Positions 9,286 through 25,118 of a DNA stretch of 64,000 nucleotides are shown here, piece after piece. The position numbers and the translations under genes are program-made. The notes beneath the pieces were generated by a model. The model saw only the letters and a list, made by a program, of their open reading frames with translations, did not search any database and was not told the DNA's origin. The stretch is from positions 16,980 to 80,979 of the forward strand of contig JBBQSO010000013.1 of NCBI GenBank assembly GCA_038213805.1, read 5' to 3'. The first letter of the stretch is position 1. Each line of letters begins with the position of its first letter. Source of the DNA: Planctomycetota bacterium (GTDB lineage: Bacteria; Planctomycetota; UBA11346).

Positions 9286-10272
9286 ATGCCCAAGCCCATC
9301 CGTGTTGCCGTGACCGGCGCTGCCGGTCAGATCTGCTACAGCCTGCTGCCGCGCATCGCGAGCGGCGACGTCTTCGGCAAGGACGTTCCGGTCATCCTGC
9401 AGCTGCTCGAGATCCCGATGGACAAGGCCCAGGCTGCACTGCGGGGCGTCTCGCTCGAACTCGACGACTGCGCATTCCCGCTGCTCCAGGACATGATCCT
9501 CACCGATCAGCCGGACGTCGCCTTCAAGGACGCCAATTGGGTACTGCTGGTCGGATCGAAGCCGCGCGGTCCCGGCCAGGAGCGCGCCGACCTGCTCAAG
9601 GACAACGGCCGCATCTTCATCGGCCAGGGCAAGTCGATCGACGCCGTCGCTGCCGACGACGCGCGCATCGCGGTGGTCGGCAACCCGTGCAACACCAACT
9701 GCATGATCGCCGCCCGCCAGGCCAAGCGCCTGCCCAAGGAGCGCTTCACCGCGATGGTGCGTCTCGACCAGAACCGCGCCGTGGGCCAGCTCGCCAAGAA
9801 GGCCGGCGTAGCGGTGACCACGGTGTCCGATGTGATCGTCTACGGCAACCACAGCCCGACCATGTTCCCCGACTTCGCGAACGCGAAGATCGGCGGCAAG
9901 CCCGCCACCCAGGTGATCAGCGATCACGCCTGGCTGCGCGACACCTTCATCCCCACGGTTGGCAAGCGCGGCGCCGAGATCATCGCGGCGCGCGGAGTGT
10001 CCAGCGCCGCGTCGGCCGCCAACGCGCTGATCGATCACGTCAAGGCGCTGACCACCGTCGGTCCCGCCCTGCACTCCATCGCCGTGTACAGCGACGGCTC
10101 CTACGGCTTCGCCGAAGGCATCTGGGCCGGCATGCCGGTGCGCACCACCGCGCCTGGCACCTACACCGTCGACAAGGGCTTCACCCACGACGAGTTCGCG
10201 AAGGCCAAGATCGCTGCAACCAACGCTGAGCTGGTCGGCGAGCGGGATCTGGTGAAGGAACTGCTGGTCTGA
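9286..10272 (+). CDS. mdh: Malate dehydrogenase
   Basis: [42 protein letters not shown]. Confidence 0.95.
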   Translation: MPKPIRVAVTGAAGQICYSLLPRIASGDVFGKDVPVILQLLEIPMDKAQAALRGVSLELDDCAFPLLQDMILTDQPDVAFKDANWVLLVGSKPRGPGQERADLLKDNGRIFIGQGKSIDAVAADDARIAVVGNPCNTNCMIAARQAKRLPKERFTAMVRLDQNRAVGQLAKKAGVAVTTVSDVIVYGNHSPTMFPDFANAKIGGKPATQVISDHAWLRDTFIPTVGKRGAEIIAARGVSSAASAANALIDHVKALTTVGPALHSIAVYSDGSYGFAEGIWAGMPVRTTAPGTYTVDKGFTHDEFAKAKIAATNAELVGERDLVKELLV

Positions 10273-10280
10273 TTGCCCCC

Positions 10281-10349
10281 GTGCGGAGTGCGGAGAGCAG
10301 AGTGCCAGGTTGCGCTCCGGCTATCCGTACTCCGCACTCCGCACTCCGC
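10281..10349. repeat. Inverted heptamer pair (GTGCGGA)n ... (ACTCCGC)3
   Basis: Arms 10281-10305 and 10329-10349 between convergent mdh and the PIN gene. Confidence 0.85.
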
Positions 10350-10360
10350 ACCGTGGTCCA

Positions 10361-10765
10361 TCACACCAGCGGACAACCGTGTGGGGCCAGTACCTGCCAG
10401 TGCCGTTCCTGGCTCCAAATGCGGCCCTGGAGGCGTTCGGCGATGGCCCACATCAGCGCCTGCCAGGGGCTGGCGACCTGGCCTGTAGCACGCAGACGCT
10501 GGATGATGGCGGCGGCACGGGTGTGGTCGCGGCCGAGCATGGGCAGGTCGGGGAAGGCGGAAAGCACGTGGTTGAGGCGCACCCCCTGACGCGGGTCGCG
10601 GGTGCGCGCGAGCAGCGCCTGCCGCACCAATCCCAGGAGATAGACCTGACGGCCACGCACGCGCTGCGCGAAGCCATGGACGACCAGTGGATCGGGATCC
10701 TGACGGCTGAACGCCTTCAACCAGATGTCGACATCCGGAAGGATGAGTTCGAGCGCTTCGGACAT
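10361..10765 (-). CDS. vapC: PIN-domain VapC-like protein with degenerate active site
   Basis: ILPDVDIW start, PIN-like length and pattern, directly after a VapB-like gene. Confidence 0.75.
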   Translation of the reverse strand: MSEALELILPDVDIWLKAFSRQDPDPLVVHGFAQRVRGRQVYLLGLVRQALLARTRDPRQGVRLNHVLSAFPDLPMLGRDHTRAAAIIQRLRATGQVASPWQALMWAIAERLQGRIWSQERHWQVLAPHGCPLV

Positions 10766-10766
10766 G

Positions 10767-10964
10767 TTAAACCGGCGCCGCGGGGGCACCTTGGGCCTGG
10801 GCTGCGAAGTCGATGGTACCGAGGAAGTCGAGGGCCTTGAGCTGGCGGCGGTAGGTAATGGCCTCGGCCACCGCCGCGTCGACCGCCTCGCGCTTGCTCT
10901 TGAATCCGGCGATGCGCATGAGCTCTTCGATCGCCTGGGTATCCACGTCGAGATTGGTGGCCAT
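10767..10964 (-). CDS. vapB: VapB-family antitoxin
   Basis: MATNLDVDTQAIEELMRIAGFKSKREAVDAAVAE is a typical RHH-type VapB; 65 aa. Confidence 0.85.
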   Translation of the reverse strand: MATNLDVDTQAIEELMRIAGFKSKREAVDAAVAEAITYRRQLKALDFLGTIDFAAQAQGAPAAPV

Positions 10965-11144
10965 GAGTACGCACAATAGACTGTGCGACTCTGCCCGCAA
11001 GCGAGCAGTTACCTCTTGCCGGCTGAAGCACCAAGCGTCTGATTGTCTGACCTTCCTGAGATGGCAGCGCGAAATACGATGTGATCGGACATCTCGCGCA
11101 TCCTTCTCAGGCCTTATCGCACAGCTCAACGCACAAGGCCAGAC

Positions 11145-13934
11145 ATGAGTTCCGCCCCCAACGCCTTCGCCTCCGTGGCCAATCTCGCCCTTCTTGAGGA
11201 GCAGTATGGCAAATGGAAGGCTGATCCCGCCACGGTCGATCGCGATTGGCAGCTGTTCTTCACTGGCTTCGACCTCGGTTTCGAGCGGCCGGCCGCGGCC
11301 GGCGCCAGCGAGACCACCACCGACGCGCTCAGGATCCCCGGCCGGGTCGAACAGCAGCGCGCCGACACCTTGATCAACGCCTACCGCGTCTTCGGGCACA
11401 TGGTCGCCGACCTTGACCCGATCGGGATCAACAACACCAACATCGACAGCGTGCCCCACTTCCAGCTTGAGAGCGTTGGCCTGAGCGAGGCCGATCTCGA
11501 CCGGGTGTTCGCCTGCGACATCGTCTTCGGCCTCGCCCAACGCGACACCCTGCGCGCCATCATCGCCCACCTGCGCCCGACCTACTGCGGCAGCATCGGC
11601 GTCGAGCAGCACCACATCCAGGATCGCGAAGTGCGCCGCTGGCTGCACCGCGAGATCGAGACCCATCGCAACCAGCCGCAACTGACCAAAGAGGAGAAGC
11701 GCCGCATCCTGATGAAGGTCAACCAAGCAGAGATGCTGGAAAGCTTCATCCACACCAAGTTCCTTGGCCAGAAACGCTTCTCGCTTGAGGGTGGCGAAGC
11801 GCTCATCCCTTGCCTGGACGCCATCCTCGACCTCGCTCCCGAACTCGGCGCCAAGGAAGTGGTGATGGGCATGGCCCATCGCGGCCGTCTCAACGTGCTG
11901 TGCAACACTCTCAACAAATCCTATGAGGAGGTCTTCACCGAGTTCGAGGGCAGTTACGACCACACCGAACTGCAGGGTGATGGCGACGTGAAGTACCATC
12001 TCGGCTACAGCAGCGACTACACCAGCAGCAAGGGCGGCAAGCTGCACGTCACGCTCAACGCCAACCCCAGCCACCTGGAGGCGGTCGACCCGGTGGTGCT
12101 CGGTCGCGCGCGCGGCAAGCAGCGCCAGCACAACGATACCGTCGAGCGTGGCACGGTCATCCCCATTCTCATCCACGGCGACGCGGCCATGGCCGGTCAG
12201 GGCCTGGTCATGGAGGTCTTCCAGCTCAGCCAGCTCGAAGGCTACACCACCGGCGGCACCATCCACATCGTCACCAACAACCAGATCGGCTTCACCACCC
12301 TGCCGGCGGATGCGCGCTCAACACGCTACTGCACCGATATCGCCAAGATGGTCGATGCGCCGATCTTCCACGTCAACGGCGACGACGTCGAAGCGGTGGT
12401 GCACGTCACCAAGCTCGCCACGCGCTTCCGCCAGGAATTCAAGCGTGACGTGGTCATCGATATCGTCTGCTACCGCCGCCACGGCCACAACGAAACCGAC
12501 GAGCCCAATTTCACCCAGCCGACACTGTACGCGCGCATCGCCGAGCATCCGCGCATCAGCATGATCTACACCGCCAAGCTGCTCGAGCGCGGCGACATCG
12601 TGCAGACCGAGGCCGACGCCATCGCCACGATCTTCCAGAACCAGCTCCAGGACGCGCTCAATACCGTCAAGGTCAAGCCGGCCAAGCTCACGCGTAGCCG
12701 CTTCGGTGGCATCTGGCAGGGTCTGAGCAACCGCTACAGCCACGATCCGGTCGATACCGGCGTACCGCTCGAGACGCTCGACCTGGTCGGTAAGGCGCTC
12801 TCGACGTGGCCGGCAGCCTTCAACATCCACCCCAAGATCAAGCGCCTCGCCGAGGAGCGCGGGCGCGTGGTCCAGACGCGCGGGCGCGTCGACTGGGCGC
12901 TCGGCGAGCTGCTCGCGCTCGGCACGCTGCTCGCCGAGGGCACGCCGGCGCGACTCTCAGGCCAGGACTGCCGGCGTGGCACCTTCAGTCAACGCCATAG
13001 CATGTGGTACGACGTCGCGACGCGCGAGCGCTACAAACCGCTGGACCACGTTTCACCCAGCCAAGCCAAGCTCTGCGTCTACAACAGCCCGCTGTCCGAG
13101 GCGGCGGTGCTCGGCTTCGACTACGGGTATTCGCTGGCCGAGCCCAACATGCTCATCATCTGGGAAGCGCAGTTCGGCGACTTCGTCAACGGCGCACAGG
13201 TCATCATCGACCAGTTCATGGCCTCGAGCGAGAGCAAGTGGGGCCGTTCCTGCGGATTGGTGCTGATGCTGCCCCACGGCCAGGAGGGCGCCGGGCCGGA
13301 GCACAGCTCGGCGCGCCTTGAGCGCTTCCTGCAGAACTGCGCCGAGGACAACATGCAGGTCGCCTACTGCACCACCGCGGCCCAGCACTACCATATCCTA
13401 CGTCGGCAGATGCACCGCAAATTCCGCAAGCCGCTGATTTTGATGACCCCCAAGAGCCACCTGCGCTCGAAGCAGGCTTCGAGCGACATCCAGGATTTCG
13501 TCAGCGGACGTTTCCGCGAGATCCTTGTCGACCCCTCGCCGAAGAAGGCCAAGCGCGCGGTCATCTGCACTGGCAAGATCGCCCACGAGCTCAATGACCG
13601 GATTGCCGCCGACAAGCTCGAGGAGGTCGCGGTGGTACGCATCGAGCAACTCTACCCGCTCAACGAGACCCTGCTCAAGAAGACTCTCAAAGGGTTCGAT
13701 CCCGGCGTCGATTTCGTCTGGTGCCAGGAGGAGCCGCAGAACATGGGTGCCTGGACCTTCATCGAGCCGGCGCTGCGCCACCACCTTGGCAAGGAGTTCG
13801 CCTACGCGGGCCGCGAGGCCGCGGCCAGCCCTGCCCCAGGCAGCATGGGACTGTTCCTGGTCGAACAGGAACAGCTGATCTCGAGCGCGCTCGGCATTCC
13901 TGCGCGCAAACCCGTCAAGGGCGGCGCGCACTAG
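11145..13934 (+). CDS. sucA: 2-oxoglutarate dehydrogenase E1
   Basis: [51 protein letters not shown]. Confidence 0.97.
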   Translation: MSSAPNAFASVANLALLEEQYGKWKADPATVDRDWQLFFTGFDLGFERPAAAGASETTTDALRIPGRVEQQRADTLINAYRVFGHMVADLDPIGINNTNIDSVPHFQLESVGLSEADLDRVFACDIVFGLAQRDTLRAIIAHLRPTYCGSIGVEQHHIQDREVRRWLHREIETHRNQPQLTKEEKRRILMKVNQAEMLESFIHTKFLGQKRFSLEGGEALIPCLDAILDLAPELGAKEVVMGMAHRGRLNVLCNTLNKSYEEVFTEFEGSYDHTELQGDGDVKYHLGYSSDYTSSKGGKLHVTLNANPSHLEAVDPVVLGRARGKQRQHNDTVERGTVIPILIHGDAAMAGQGLVMEVFQLSQLEGYTTGGTIHIVTNNQIGFTTLPADARSTRYCTDIAKMVDAPIFHVNGDDVEAVVHVTKLATRFRQEFKRDVVIDIVCYRRHGHNETDEPNFTQPTLYARIAEHPRISMIYTAKLLERGDIVQTEADAIATIFQNQLQDALNTVKVKPAKLTRSRFGGIWQGLSNRYSHDPVDTGVPLETLDLVGKALSTWPAAFNIHPKIKRLAEERGRVVQTRGRVDWALGELLALGTLLAEGTPARLSGQDCRRGTFSQRHSMWYDVATRERYKPLDHVSPSQAKLCVYNSPLSEAAVLGFDYGYSLAEPNMLIIWEAQFGDFVNGAQVIIDQFMASSESKWGRSCGLVLMLPHGQEGAGPEHSSARLERFLQNCAEDNMQVAYCTTAAQHYHILRRQMHRKFRKPLILMTPKSHLRSKQASSDIQDFVSGRFREILVDPSPKKAKRAVICTGKIAHELNDRIAADKLEEVAVVRIEQLYPLNETLLKKTLKGFDPGVDFVWCQEEPQNMGAWTFIEPALRHHLGKEFAYAGREAAASPAPGSMGLFLVEQEQLISSALGIPARKPVKGGAH

Positions 13935-13996
13935 GGGCGCAGGCCCTGGTGACGCCCACCCTATTCCCCCTCCATCAGCGAAGAACGGAACCTTCC

Positions 13997-15217
<1,221 letters not shown>

Positions 15218-15229
15218 GCCGAGCAGGAT

Positions 15230-15366
15230 CCGGAAGTCCGGAAGTCCGGAAGTCTTCAAGCCCCGGAAGCGCAGCGCGTACGGGGCGCCCCCCTCTCTAT
15301 GGGTCGCCCGCGACTCCATCCCACGAGACTCCCGGACTTCCGGACTTCCGGACTTCCGGACCCTCC
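15230..15366. repeat. Inverted octamer pair (CCGGAAGT)3 ... (GACTTCCG)n
   Basis: Arms 15230-15253 and 15327-15366 between sucB and lpdA. Confidence 0.92.
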
Positions 15367-15382
15367 CCCAAGGTTCCCAACC

Positions 15383-16798
15383 ATGTCCTCTTACGACCTG
15401 ATCATCATCGGCGCCGGTCCCGGCGGCTATGTGTGCGCGATCCGCGCGGCCCAGCTCGGCATGAAGGTGGCCATCGTCGAGAAGCGCGCCGAAGGGCCGA
15501 AGGTGCGGCTCGGCGGCACCTGTCTCAACGTCGGCTGCATCCCTTCGAAAGCGCTGCTCGACACCTCCGAGCACTTCGCCAACGCGAGCAAGCACTTCGC
15601 CGAGCACGGCATCGACGTCGGCAAGCCGGCGATCAACGTCGCGCAGATGCTGAAGCGCAAGGACAAGGTGGTCGGCACGCTGGTCGATGGCGTGTCCTTC
15701 CTGATGAAGAAGAACAAGATCGAGGTGCTGACCGGCGTCGGCGCGCTGAAGAGCGCGGGCGCGGTGACTGTCACCAGCCAGGACGGCAAGGCCGTGGAGC
15801 ACACCGCAAAGAACGTGGTGCTGGCGCTCGGCTCGGTACCGATCGAGCTGCCCTTCCTGAAGTACGACGGCGTCAGCGTGGTCTCGAGCGACCAGGCGAT
15901 CTCCTTCCCCAAGGTGCCGGAAAAGCTGCTGGTGGTCGGGGGTGGCGTGATCGGCCTGGAACTCGGCTCGGTGTGGTCGCGCCTCGGCAGCCAGGTCACG
16001 GTCATCGAGTTCCTGCCGCAGATCTGCCCGTTCCTGGACGCCGACGTCGCCAAGGAGCTGCAGAAGGTGCTGACCAAGCAGGGCATGGCCTTCCAGCTCG
16101 AGACCAAGGTCACCGGCGTGCGCCAGGTGGACGGCAAGCCGGTGCTCGACGCCACCGACAAGGACGGCAAGGCCGTGACCTTCACCGGTGACACCGTGCT
16201 GGTCGCGGTCGGCCGCAGACCATATATCGAGAGCAGCGGTCTGGAGGCCGCAGGCATCGCACTCACCGAGCGCAAGCGCGTCAAGGTCGACCACGACTTC
16301 CGCACCAACCTGCCGGGCGTCTACGCCATCGGCGACCTCATTGATGGCCCCATGCTGGCGCACAAGGCCGAGGAGGAAGGCTCAACGGTCGCGGAGATCA
16401 TCGCCGGGCAGAAGAACGTGCTCGACCACGATCTGATCCCCAATGTGGTCTACACTTGGCCGGAAATGGCCAGCGTCGGCCTGACCGAGGCCGATGCGAA
16501 GAAGCGCGGGCTGACGGTGAAGGTCGGCAAGGCGCTATTCATCGCCAACGGCCGCAGCAAGGCCGCCGGTGAGAACGATGGCTTCGTCAAGCTCATCGCC
16601 GATGCCAAGACCGACAAGGTACTGGGCGCCGCCATCCTCGGCCCGCGCGCCAGCGACCTGCTCGCCGAGATCACCGCGGTGATGGCCTTCGGCGGCGCCA
16701 GCGAGGACATCGCGCGCACCTGCCACTCGCACCCGACCTTCTCGGAGGTCGTGAAGGATGCGGCGCTGACGGTGCTGGGGCGGCCGATCAGTTCGTGA
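15383..16798 (+). CDS. lpdA: Dihydrolipoamide dehydrogenase E3
   Basis: GAGPGGY, GGTCLNVGCIPSK, GGGVIGLE, HSHPTFSE. Confidence 0.97.
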   Translation: MSSYDLIIIGAGPGGYVCAIRAAQLGMKVAIVEKRAEGPKVRLGGTCLNVGCIPSKALLDTSEHFANASKHFAEHGIDVGKPAINVAQMLKRKDKVVGTLVDGVSFLMKKNKIEVLTGVGALKSAGAVTVTSQDGKAVEHTAKNVVLALGSVPIELPFLKYDGVSVVSSDQAISFPKVPEKLLVVGGGVIGLELGSVWSRLGSQVTVIEFLPQICPFLDADVAKELQKVLTKQGMAFQLETKVTGVRQVDGKPVLDATDKDGKAVTFTGDTVLVAVGRRPYIESSGLEAAGIALTERKRVKVDHDFRTNLPGVYAIGDLIDGPMLAHKAEEEGSTVAEIIAGQKNVLDHDLIPNVVYTWPEMASVGLTEADAKKRGLTVKVGKALFIANGRSKAAGENDGFVKLIADAKTDKVLGAAILGPRASDLLAEITAVMAFGGASEDIARTCHSHPTFSEVVKDAALTVLGRPISS

Positions 16799-16802
16799 AC
16801 AG

Positions 16803-16836
16803 TCCGGAAATCCGGAGGTCCGGAGGTCCGGAAGTC
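16803..16836 (+). repeat. Solitary octamer array (TCCGGARR)4 just after lpdA
   Basis: tccggaaa tccggagg tccggagg tccggaag tc. Confidence 0.88.
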
Positions 16837-17005
16837 GCGTAGCGCGGGGTCGGAATCGCGATCGAGGCTTGCGGGGGACGCGAGCGTGCGCCCTGTTGCG
16901 CGGACGCTGGCAGACCGTCGGATCGGTGGTGGAACCGGCGGGGCCTGGCGCGAGGGTAAGGCTGCGACGGCGGGCAATGTCGGCGCGCGCAGCCACGAGG
17001 ACCGC

Positions 17006-19141
17006 ATGCCGCTCCATTCCCTCGATTTCCACGCCCACCACAGTCCGCTCGGGGCCTATGCCTCGTTCACCTGCGGGCGCTTCGGGGCGGGCGGCGGGCT
17101 GGCTATCGAAGGCACGCGGCCGCCGACCCAGGATCTGGTCATCGGTTACGCCGAGGCGGACGGCGTGGTCCACGCGCTGCCGTTCTACACCGGGGCGCTG
17201 GCCAAGCAGGAGGACTTCGGGCTGGCCGCAGCCGCGGATGACAAGCCGCGGCGCCGGCCGCTTGAGGCCGGTCTGGAGCGTCACTACGGACGCGGCAGCG
17301 ACCGCTGGACCTGCGGCGACTTCTCTTTCGCCATCCATACGCCGGTCTTCCCCCTGCCGGATCCGGACCACGGCGGAACAGAGGCCCTGCAAGACGTGGT
17401 CCTGCCGGTAGTGGCGGCGACGCTGCGCCTCGACAACCGGACATGCGCGCATGCACGGACCCTGGTCTTCGGCATCTCGCCGGGCCGGCCGTGCCGCATG
17501 ATCGACGACGCCGGCGATGGACTTGCGGTTGGCTGGGGCCTGGAACTCGGCTTGGCGGCCGCACGGCAGCCCGGACTGCAGGCCTGGGTCGAGTGGGATG
17601 AACAGGCCTTCCTGCGCCATGGCCGCAGCCACCTGCTCGGCGCGGCGTGCGGATTCGTGCTGACCGTGCCCGCGGGGGAGGCGCGCGAGCTCGACCTGGT
17701 GTGCGGCTTCCATCGCGCCGGCGTTGTGACCACCGGCCTGGAAACGCGCTATTGGTACACGCGGCGCCATGGCTCGCTCGGCAGCGTCCTAAAGGCGGGG
17801 CTCGCGCGCCTACCACTTCTCAAGGCGCGCGCCGCGGAGATGGACCGCGCGCTGGCGGCGAGTGCGCTTGACGACGACCGCCGCTTCCTGGTCGCGCACG
17901 CGGAGCGCAGCTACTGGGGGAACACCCAGCTTCTCGATCACGGTGGCAAACCCTTGTGGGTCGTGCTTGAAGGTGAGTACGCGATGATCAACACCTTCGA
18001 CCTGACCGTCGACATGTGCTGCTACGAGCTGGCGCGCAATCCCTGGACGGTGCGCAACGTGCTCGACCAGTTCATCGACCGCTACAGCTTCGTCGACACC
18101 CTGGCGCGGCCCGCGGAGGGCGCGACGCGCATCGCCCACTCGCATAACCGCGACCCGCACCAGCTCGGGCGCTTCGTGCCGCCGCCGGCGGCGACCGGGC
18201 TGCCGGGCGGCATCAGCTTCACGCACGATATGGGCGTGTACGGGCACTTCACCGCGCCCGGGACCTCCAGCTACGAGGTCTCCGGGTTGGCTGGCTGCTT
18301 CAGCCAGATGACCGCGGAACAGCTGGTGAACTGGATCCTGACGGCGGTGAGCTACGTGCACGCCAGCGGCGATCGCGACTGGCTGCGTGCACGCGCCGGA
18401 GTCTTCGCGTCCAGCCTGGAATCGCTGCTCAACCGCGATGATCCCGACCCGGCGCGACGCGCCGGCATCGTGCGCCTCGACTCGGATCGCTGCGCGGGTG
18501 GTTGGGAGATCACCACCTACGACAGCCTCGACGCCAGCCTTGGCCAGGCGCGCGGCAATCTCTATCTCGCGACCAAGGCGTGGGCAGCGTGGCTGGGACT
18601 GGAGCACGCCTGCACGCTGCTCGGGGACGCGGATCGTGCCGCAACGGCAGCGCAGGGCGCCGCGCGCGCCGGGGCGACCATCGCTGCACATTTCGACACC
18701 GCGCTGGGGTGGATCCCGGCGGTGTTCGAGGCGGGCAACCGCAGCGCCATCATCCCCGCCGTCGAAGGCCTGCTCTTCCCCATGCGCTGGGGCATGGCCG
18801 CTGCGCTCGACCGCGCCGGCCCGCACGGCGCGCTGCTCGCTGCGCTCGAACGCCACCTGTGCGCGGTGCTGCGCCCCGGCGTCTGCCTGTTCCCGGACGG
18901 CGGCTGGAAGCTGTCGAGCACGTCCGACAACAGCTGGATGAGCAAGATCTTCCTCTGTCAGCACGTCGCAGAACGGGTCTTTGGCATCATTCCCGATCCC
19001 GCCAGCCACGCCGCGCATGCGCGCTGGCAGCAAATCGGCTCACGCGACTGGGCGATGAGCGACCAGTGTTTCAGCGGCGAAGGCAAGGCGAGCAAGTACT
19101 ACCCGCGCTGCGTGACGGCGGATATGTGGCTGGACGCATGA
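17006..19141 (+). CDS. Glycoside hydrolase family 52 (beta-xylosidase)
   Basis: FHAHHSPLGAYASFT, EGEYAMINTFDLTVD, FTHDMGV, EITTYDSLDASLGQARGNLYLA, SKYYPR. Confidence 0.88.
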   Translation: MPLHSLDFHAHHSPLGAYASFTCGRFGAGGGLAIEGTRPPTQDLVIGYAEADGVVHALPFYTGALAKQEDFGLAAAADDKPRRRPLEAGLERHYGRGSDRWTCGDFSFAIHTPVFPLPDPDHGGTEALQDVVLPVVAATLRLDNRTCAHARTLVFGISPGRPCRMIDDAGDGLAVGWGLELGLAAARQPGLQAWVEWDEQAFLRHGRSHLLGAACGFVLTVPAGEARELDLVCGFHRAGVVTTGLETRYWYTRRHGSLGSVLKAGLARLPLLKARAAEMDRALAASALDDDRRFLVAHAERSYWGNTQLLDHGGKPLWVVLEGEYAMINTFDLTVDMCCYELARNPWTVRNVLDQFIDRYSFVDTLARPAEGATRIAHSHNRDPHQLGRFVPPPAATGLPGGISFTHDMGVYGHFTAPGTSSYEVSGLAGCFSQMTAEQLVNWILTAVSYVHASGDRDWLRARAGVFASSLESLLNRDDPDPARRAGIVRLDSDRCAGGWEITTYDSLDASLGQARGNLYLATKAWAAWLGLEHACTLLGDADRAATAAQGAARAGATIAAHFDTALGWIPAVFEAGNRSAIIPAVEGLLFPMRWGMAAALDRAGPHGALLAALERHLCAVLRPGVCLFPDGGWKLSSTSDNSWMSKIFLCQHVAERVFGIIPDPASHAAHARWQQIGSRDWAMSDQCFSGEGKASKYYPRCVTADMWLDA

Positions 19142-19163
19142 CCTGGCGCGACAGATCGCACAC

Positions 19164-19463
19164 ATGCAGCTCGACCAAACCCTGATAGCCCGACTTCGCT
19201 CCCTCTTCGAAGAAGGAGCGACGGTGGTGGCCATCGTATCCGTCATTTGCGAGGCTCTCCAGCTGGAGAGGGAAGCGCGGATCCTCGTCCTCGTCTATTT
19301 CCGCGCCGCATTCCTGCTCAGTCTGCCTGAGGCGCTTCCCATCGGCGGATGGTCGGGATTCTTCGGCGGGGGCACGTATAGCGATGGAGACATCGAGCGC
19401 ATGCTGCGACCCATCATCGCCGCGCGTCAGGACGAGTGGAGCCGGGAATGGGGTGATTCCTGA
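19164..19463 (+). CDS. Small hypothetical protein (99 aa)
   Basis: Fills the gap after GH52 and has ordinary protein composition. Confidence 0.6.
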   Translation: MQLDQTLIARLRSLFEEGATVVAIVSVICEALQLEREARILVLVYFRAAFLLSLPEALPIGGWSGFFGGGTYSDGDIERMLRPIIAARQDEWSREWGDS

Positions 19464-19545
19464 GTTGCAGAATTCCACACTCCGCTCATGCCATCCGAAG
19501 GCGCTTCCGTCTCAGCCCGCTGTTCCCATCGGCGGCACGCCCCCT

Positions 19546-21015
<1,470 letters not shown>

Positions 21016-21088
21016 GACGGGTTCTTCCTACTTTCTCGGCTGTTCTCGATGCGCGTCTGCGGACTATTTCATGGTCAAAGTCTTCTCC

Positions 21089-21114
21089 GACTTCTGGACT
21101 TCCGGACCTCCGGA

Positions 21115-21117
<3 letters not shown>
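21089..21117 (-). repeat. Solitary octamer array overlapping the DUF1553 stop codon
   Basis: gacttctg gacttccg gacctccg gacta. Confidence 0.85.
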
Positions 21118-23328
<2,211 letters not shown>

Positions 23329-23394
23329 GGCGGAGGACGGCTCCGAGGAAGGATATCTTCCAACCTAGGCACCGGGCGCCGGAAGCGCTGAACG

Positions 23395-24252
23395 TCAGGC
23401 CGGACGTTCTGAACCGGCGCGCAGGCGCCACTCGCTGGGCGTGGCGCCCATGGCGCGGCGGAAATGCCGCGCGAAATATTCCGGGTCGCGGTAACCGACA
23501 CGGCGTGCGACCTGGGCGATGGTCAGCGAACCTTCGGCGAGCATGCCTGCGGCGCGATCCATGCGTAGCTGGGCCAGGTACTTGAGCGGCGTAGTCCCGA
23601 GCGTGCGCTGGAACACCCGATTGAGGTGCTGGGGGCTGAAGCCGGCGCGCCTCGCCAGGAATTCCAGCGTCAGCGGCCGGTCGACGTGGTTGCCGATCAG
23701 GACCAGCAGCTCCGCGACCAGCGGATCGGCGACGCCCTGGTCGAGCAGCCCGCGCGCCGCGTTGTCGCGGAACAGCTCGCGCACGATAAGATGCGCCCAG
23801 CCCGGGAACATCTGCAGGCGCTCCTCGCTGCGCGGTCGCGCGAACTCGCCCATGAAGCCGCGGAAGTAGCCATCGAAGCGCGACCCCGGCGGAATGAACT
23901 GGTGCGCCGGCGGGCCGAGCAGACGGAACGCATCCTGGCCGCCGGGCAAGGTCGCCAGCACGTGCAGCGAGCCGAGCGTGACCGCCGGTTCCAGGCAGTA
24001 CCCGGAGTGCCACACGCCCGGCGGCACGATGGTCAGCCAGCCCGGCTCGAGCAGCAGCTCGGTGTCCTCGACCACCCACACCACGCGGCCACGGGTGACG
24101 TAGATGAAGTTGTAGTCCGGCACGGTGCGGTGCTCGAGCGCGTAGTCACGCTCGTGATGCTGCAGCGAGCACAGCTGGGTCACCACGTGCATGGTGCCGA
24201 GAATGCGGTCAAGCAGGGCGTCGATGGGCGAGAGCGCGGGCGGTGTGGGCAT
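23395..24252 (-). CDS. AraC-family regulator with cupin domain
   Basis: VPPGVWH cupin; LARRAGFSPQHLNRVF and VGYRDPEYFARHFRRAMGATPSEWR; start uncertain. Confidence 0.9.
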   Translation of the reverse strand: MPTPPALSPIDALLDRILGTMHVVTQLCSLQHHERDYALEHRTVPDYNFIYVTRGRVVWVVEDTELLLEPGWLTIVPPGVWHSGYCLEPAVTLGSLHVLATLPGGQDAFRLLGPPAHQFIPPGSRFDGYFRGFMGEFARPRSEERLQMFPGWAHLIVRELFRDNAARGLLDQGVADPLVAELLVLIGNHVDRPLTLEFLARRAGFSPQHLNRVFQRTLGTTPLKYLAQLRMDRAAGMLAEGSLTIAQVARRVGYRDPEYFARHFRRAMGATPSEWRLRAGSERPA

Positions 24253-24330
24253 GGGGCGGTTCCCGACGCTCAGCATGCTAGCGCGCCCGGAGAAAATGAG
24301 GATCGGGGCATGCTGCGCGACGTTGTCTTC

Positions 24331-24365
24331 CCTGGGACAGCGGGCCACTGGCCCGCTGTCCCAGG
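24331..24365. repeat. Perfect 17-bp palindrome (REP-like)
   Basis: CCTGGGACAGCGGGCCA-C-TGGCCCGCTGTCCCAGG. Confidence 0.88.
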
Positions 24366-24391
24366 ATGGAGACCTCCTGCGGCGGCGAAGC

Positions 24392-24928
24392 TCAGCGCGG
24401 CAGCGCGCGCTCGAGGTAGTGCAGGCCGTGCACCAGGAAGCTGCTCGCCGGCTGCTTCTCGGTGAGTGTCCAGGCCTCGGCGCGGGTCATGAGTTCGACC
24501 TCGATCAGCTCGAGCGCCTCCAGTGCGCGCGTGCCGGTCGGGGTCAGTCCGGTGGCCAGCACCACGTGCACGGCGTGCCGCAGCAGGCCGGGCAAGGCCT
24601 CGTAGCTGCCGAGCAGACGGCAGGCGCCGGCGCGATAGCCGGTCTCCTCCTCGAGTTCGCGCACGCCCGCGGCGCACGGGTCCTCGCCATGCTCGATGCC
24701 GCCAGCCGGAAACTCGTGGAGCCAGGCACGGTAGGGATGGCGGTAGATGCGTTCGACCACCAGGCGCCCGTCGTCGAGCACCGGCACCACCACCACCGCA
24801 TCCCATTTCGATTCGACGAAGGAGTAGGTGTACGCGCCGGTCGGCGTCGTCAGGTCTTCTTCGACGTGGGTGAAGAAGCGGTTGCTGCCGCGCTCACGGC
24901 GCGCGGCGATGGGCGGGATGTGGCTCAC
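24392..24928 (-). CDS. Nudix hydrolase (ADP-ribose pyrophosphatase-like)
   Basis: EFPAGGIEHGEDPCAAGVRELEEETG Nudix box; probable GTG start. Confidence 0.9.
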   Translation of the reverse strand: MSHIPPIAARRERGSNRFFTHVEEDLTTPTGAYTYSFVESKWDAVVVVPVLDDGRLVVERIYRHPYRAWLHEFPAGGIEHGEDPCAAGVRELEEETGYRAGACRLLGSYEALPGLLRHAVHVVLATGLTPTGTRALEALELIEVELMTRAEAWTLTEKQPASSFLVHGLHYLERALPR

Positions 24929-24982
24929 GGGGCCGCCGTCGGCGCCGCTGCGAACCACGGACGCACTTCGCGGCGGCCCCGG

Positions 24983-25112
24983 GTCCGGAAGTCCGGAGGT
25001 CCGGAAGTCCGGAAGTCGACACCCGCTCGCGCAACGCCGATCCGCAGCACGGGCACCTGCAAACGCGCCAGCGTCCCGACTTCCGGACTCCCGGACCTCC
25101 GGACTTCCGGAC
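24983..25112. repeat. Inverted octamer pair
   Basis: Arms 24983-25017 and 25078-25112. Confidence 0.92.
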
Positions 25113-25118
25113 GTTTCG

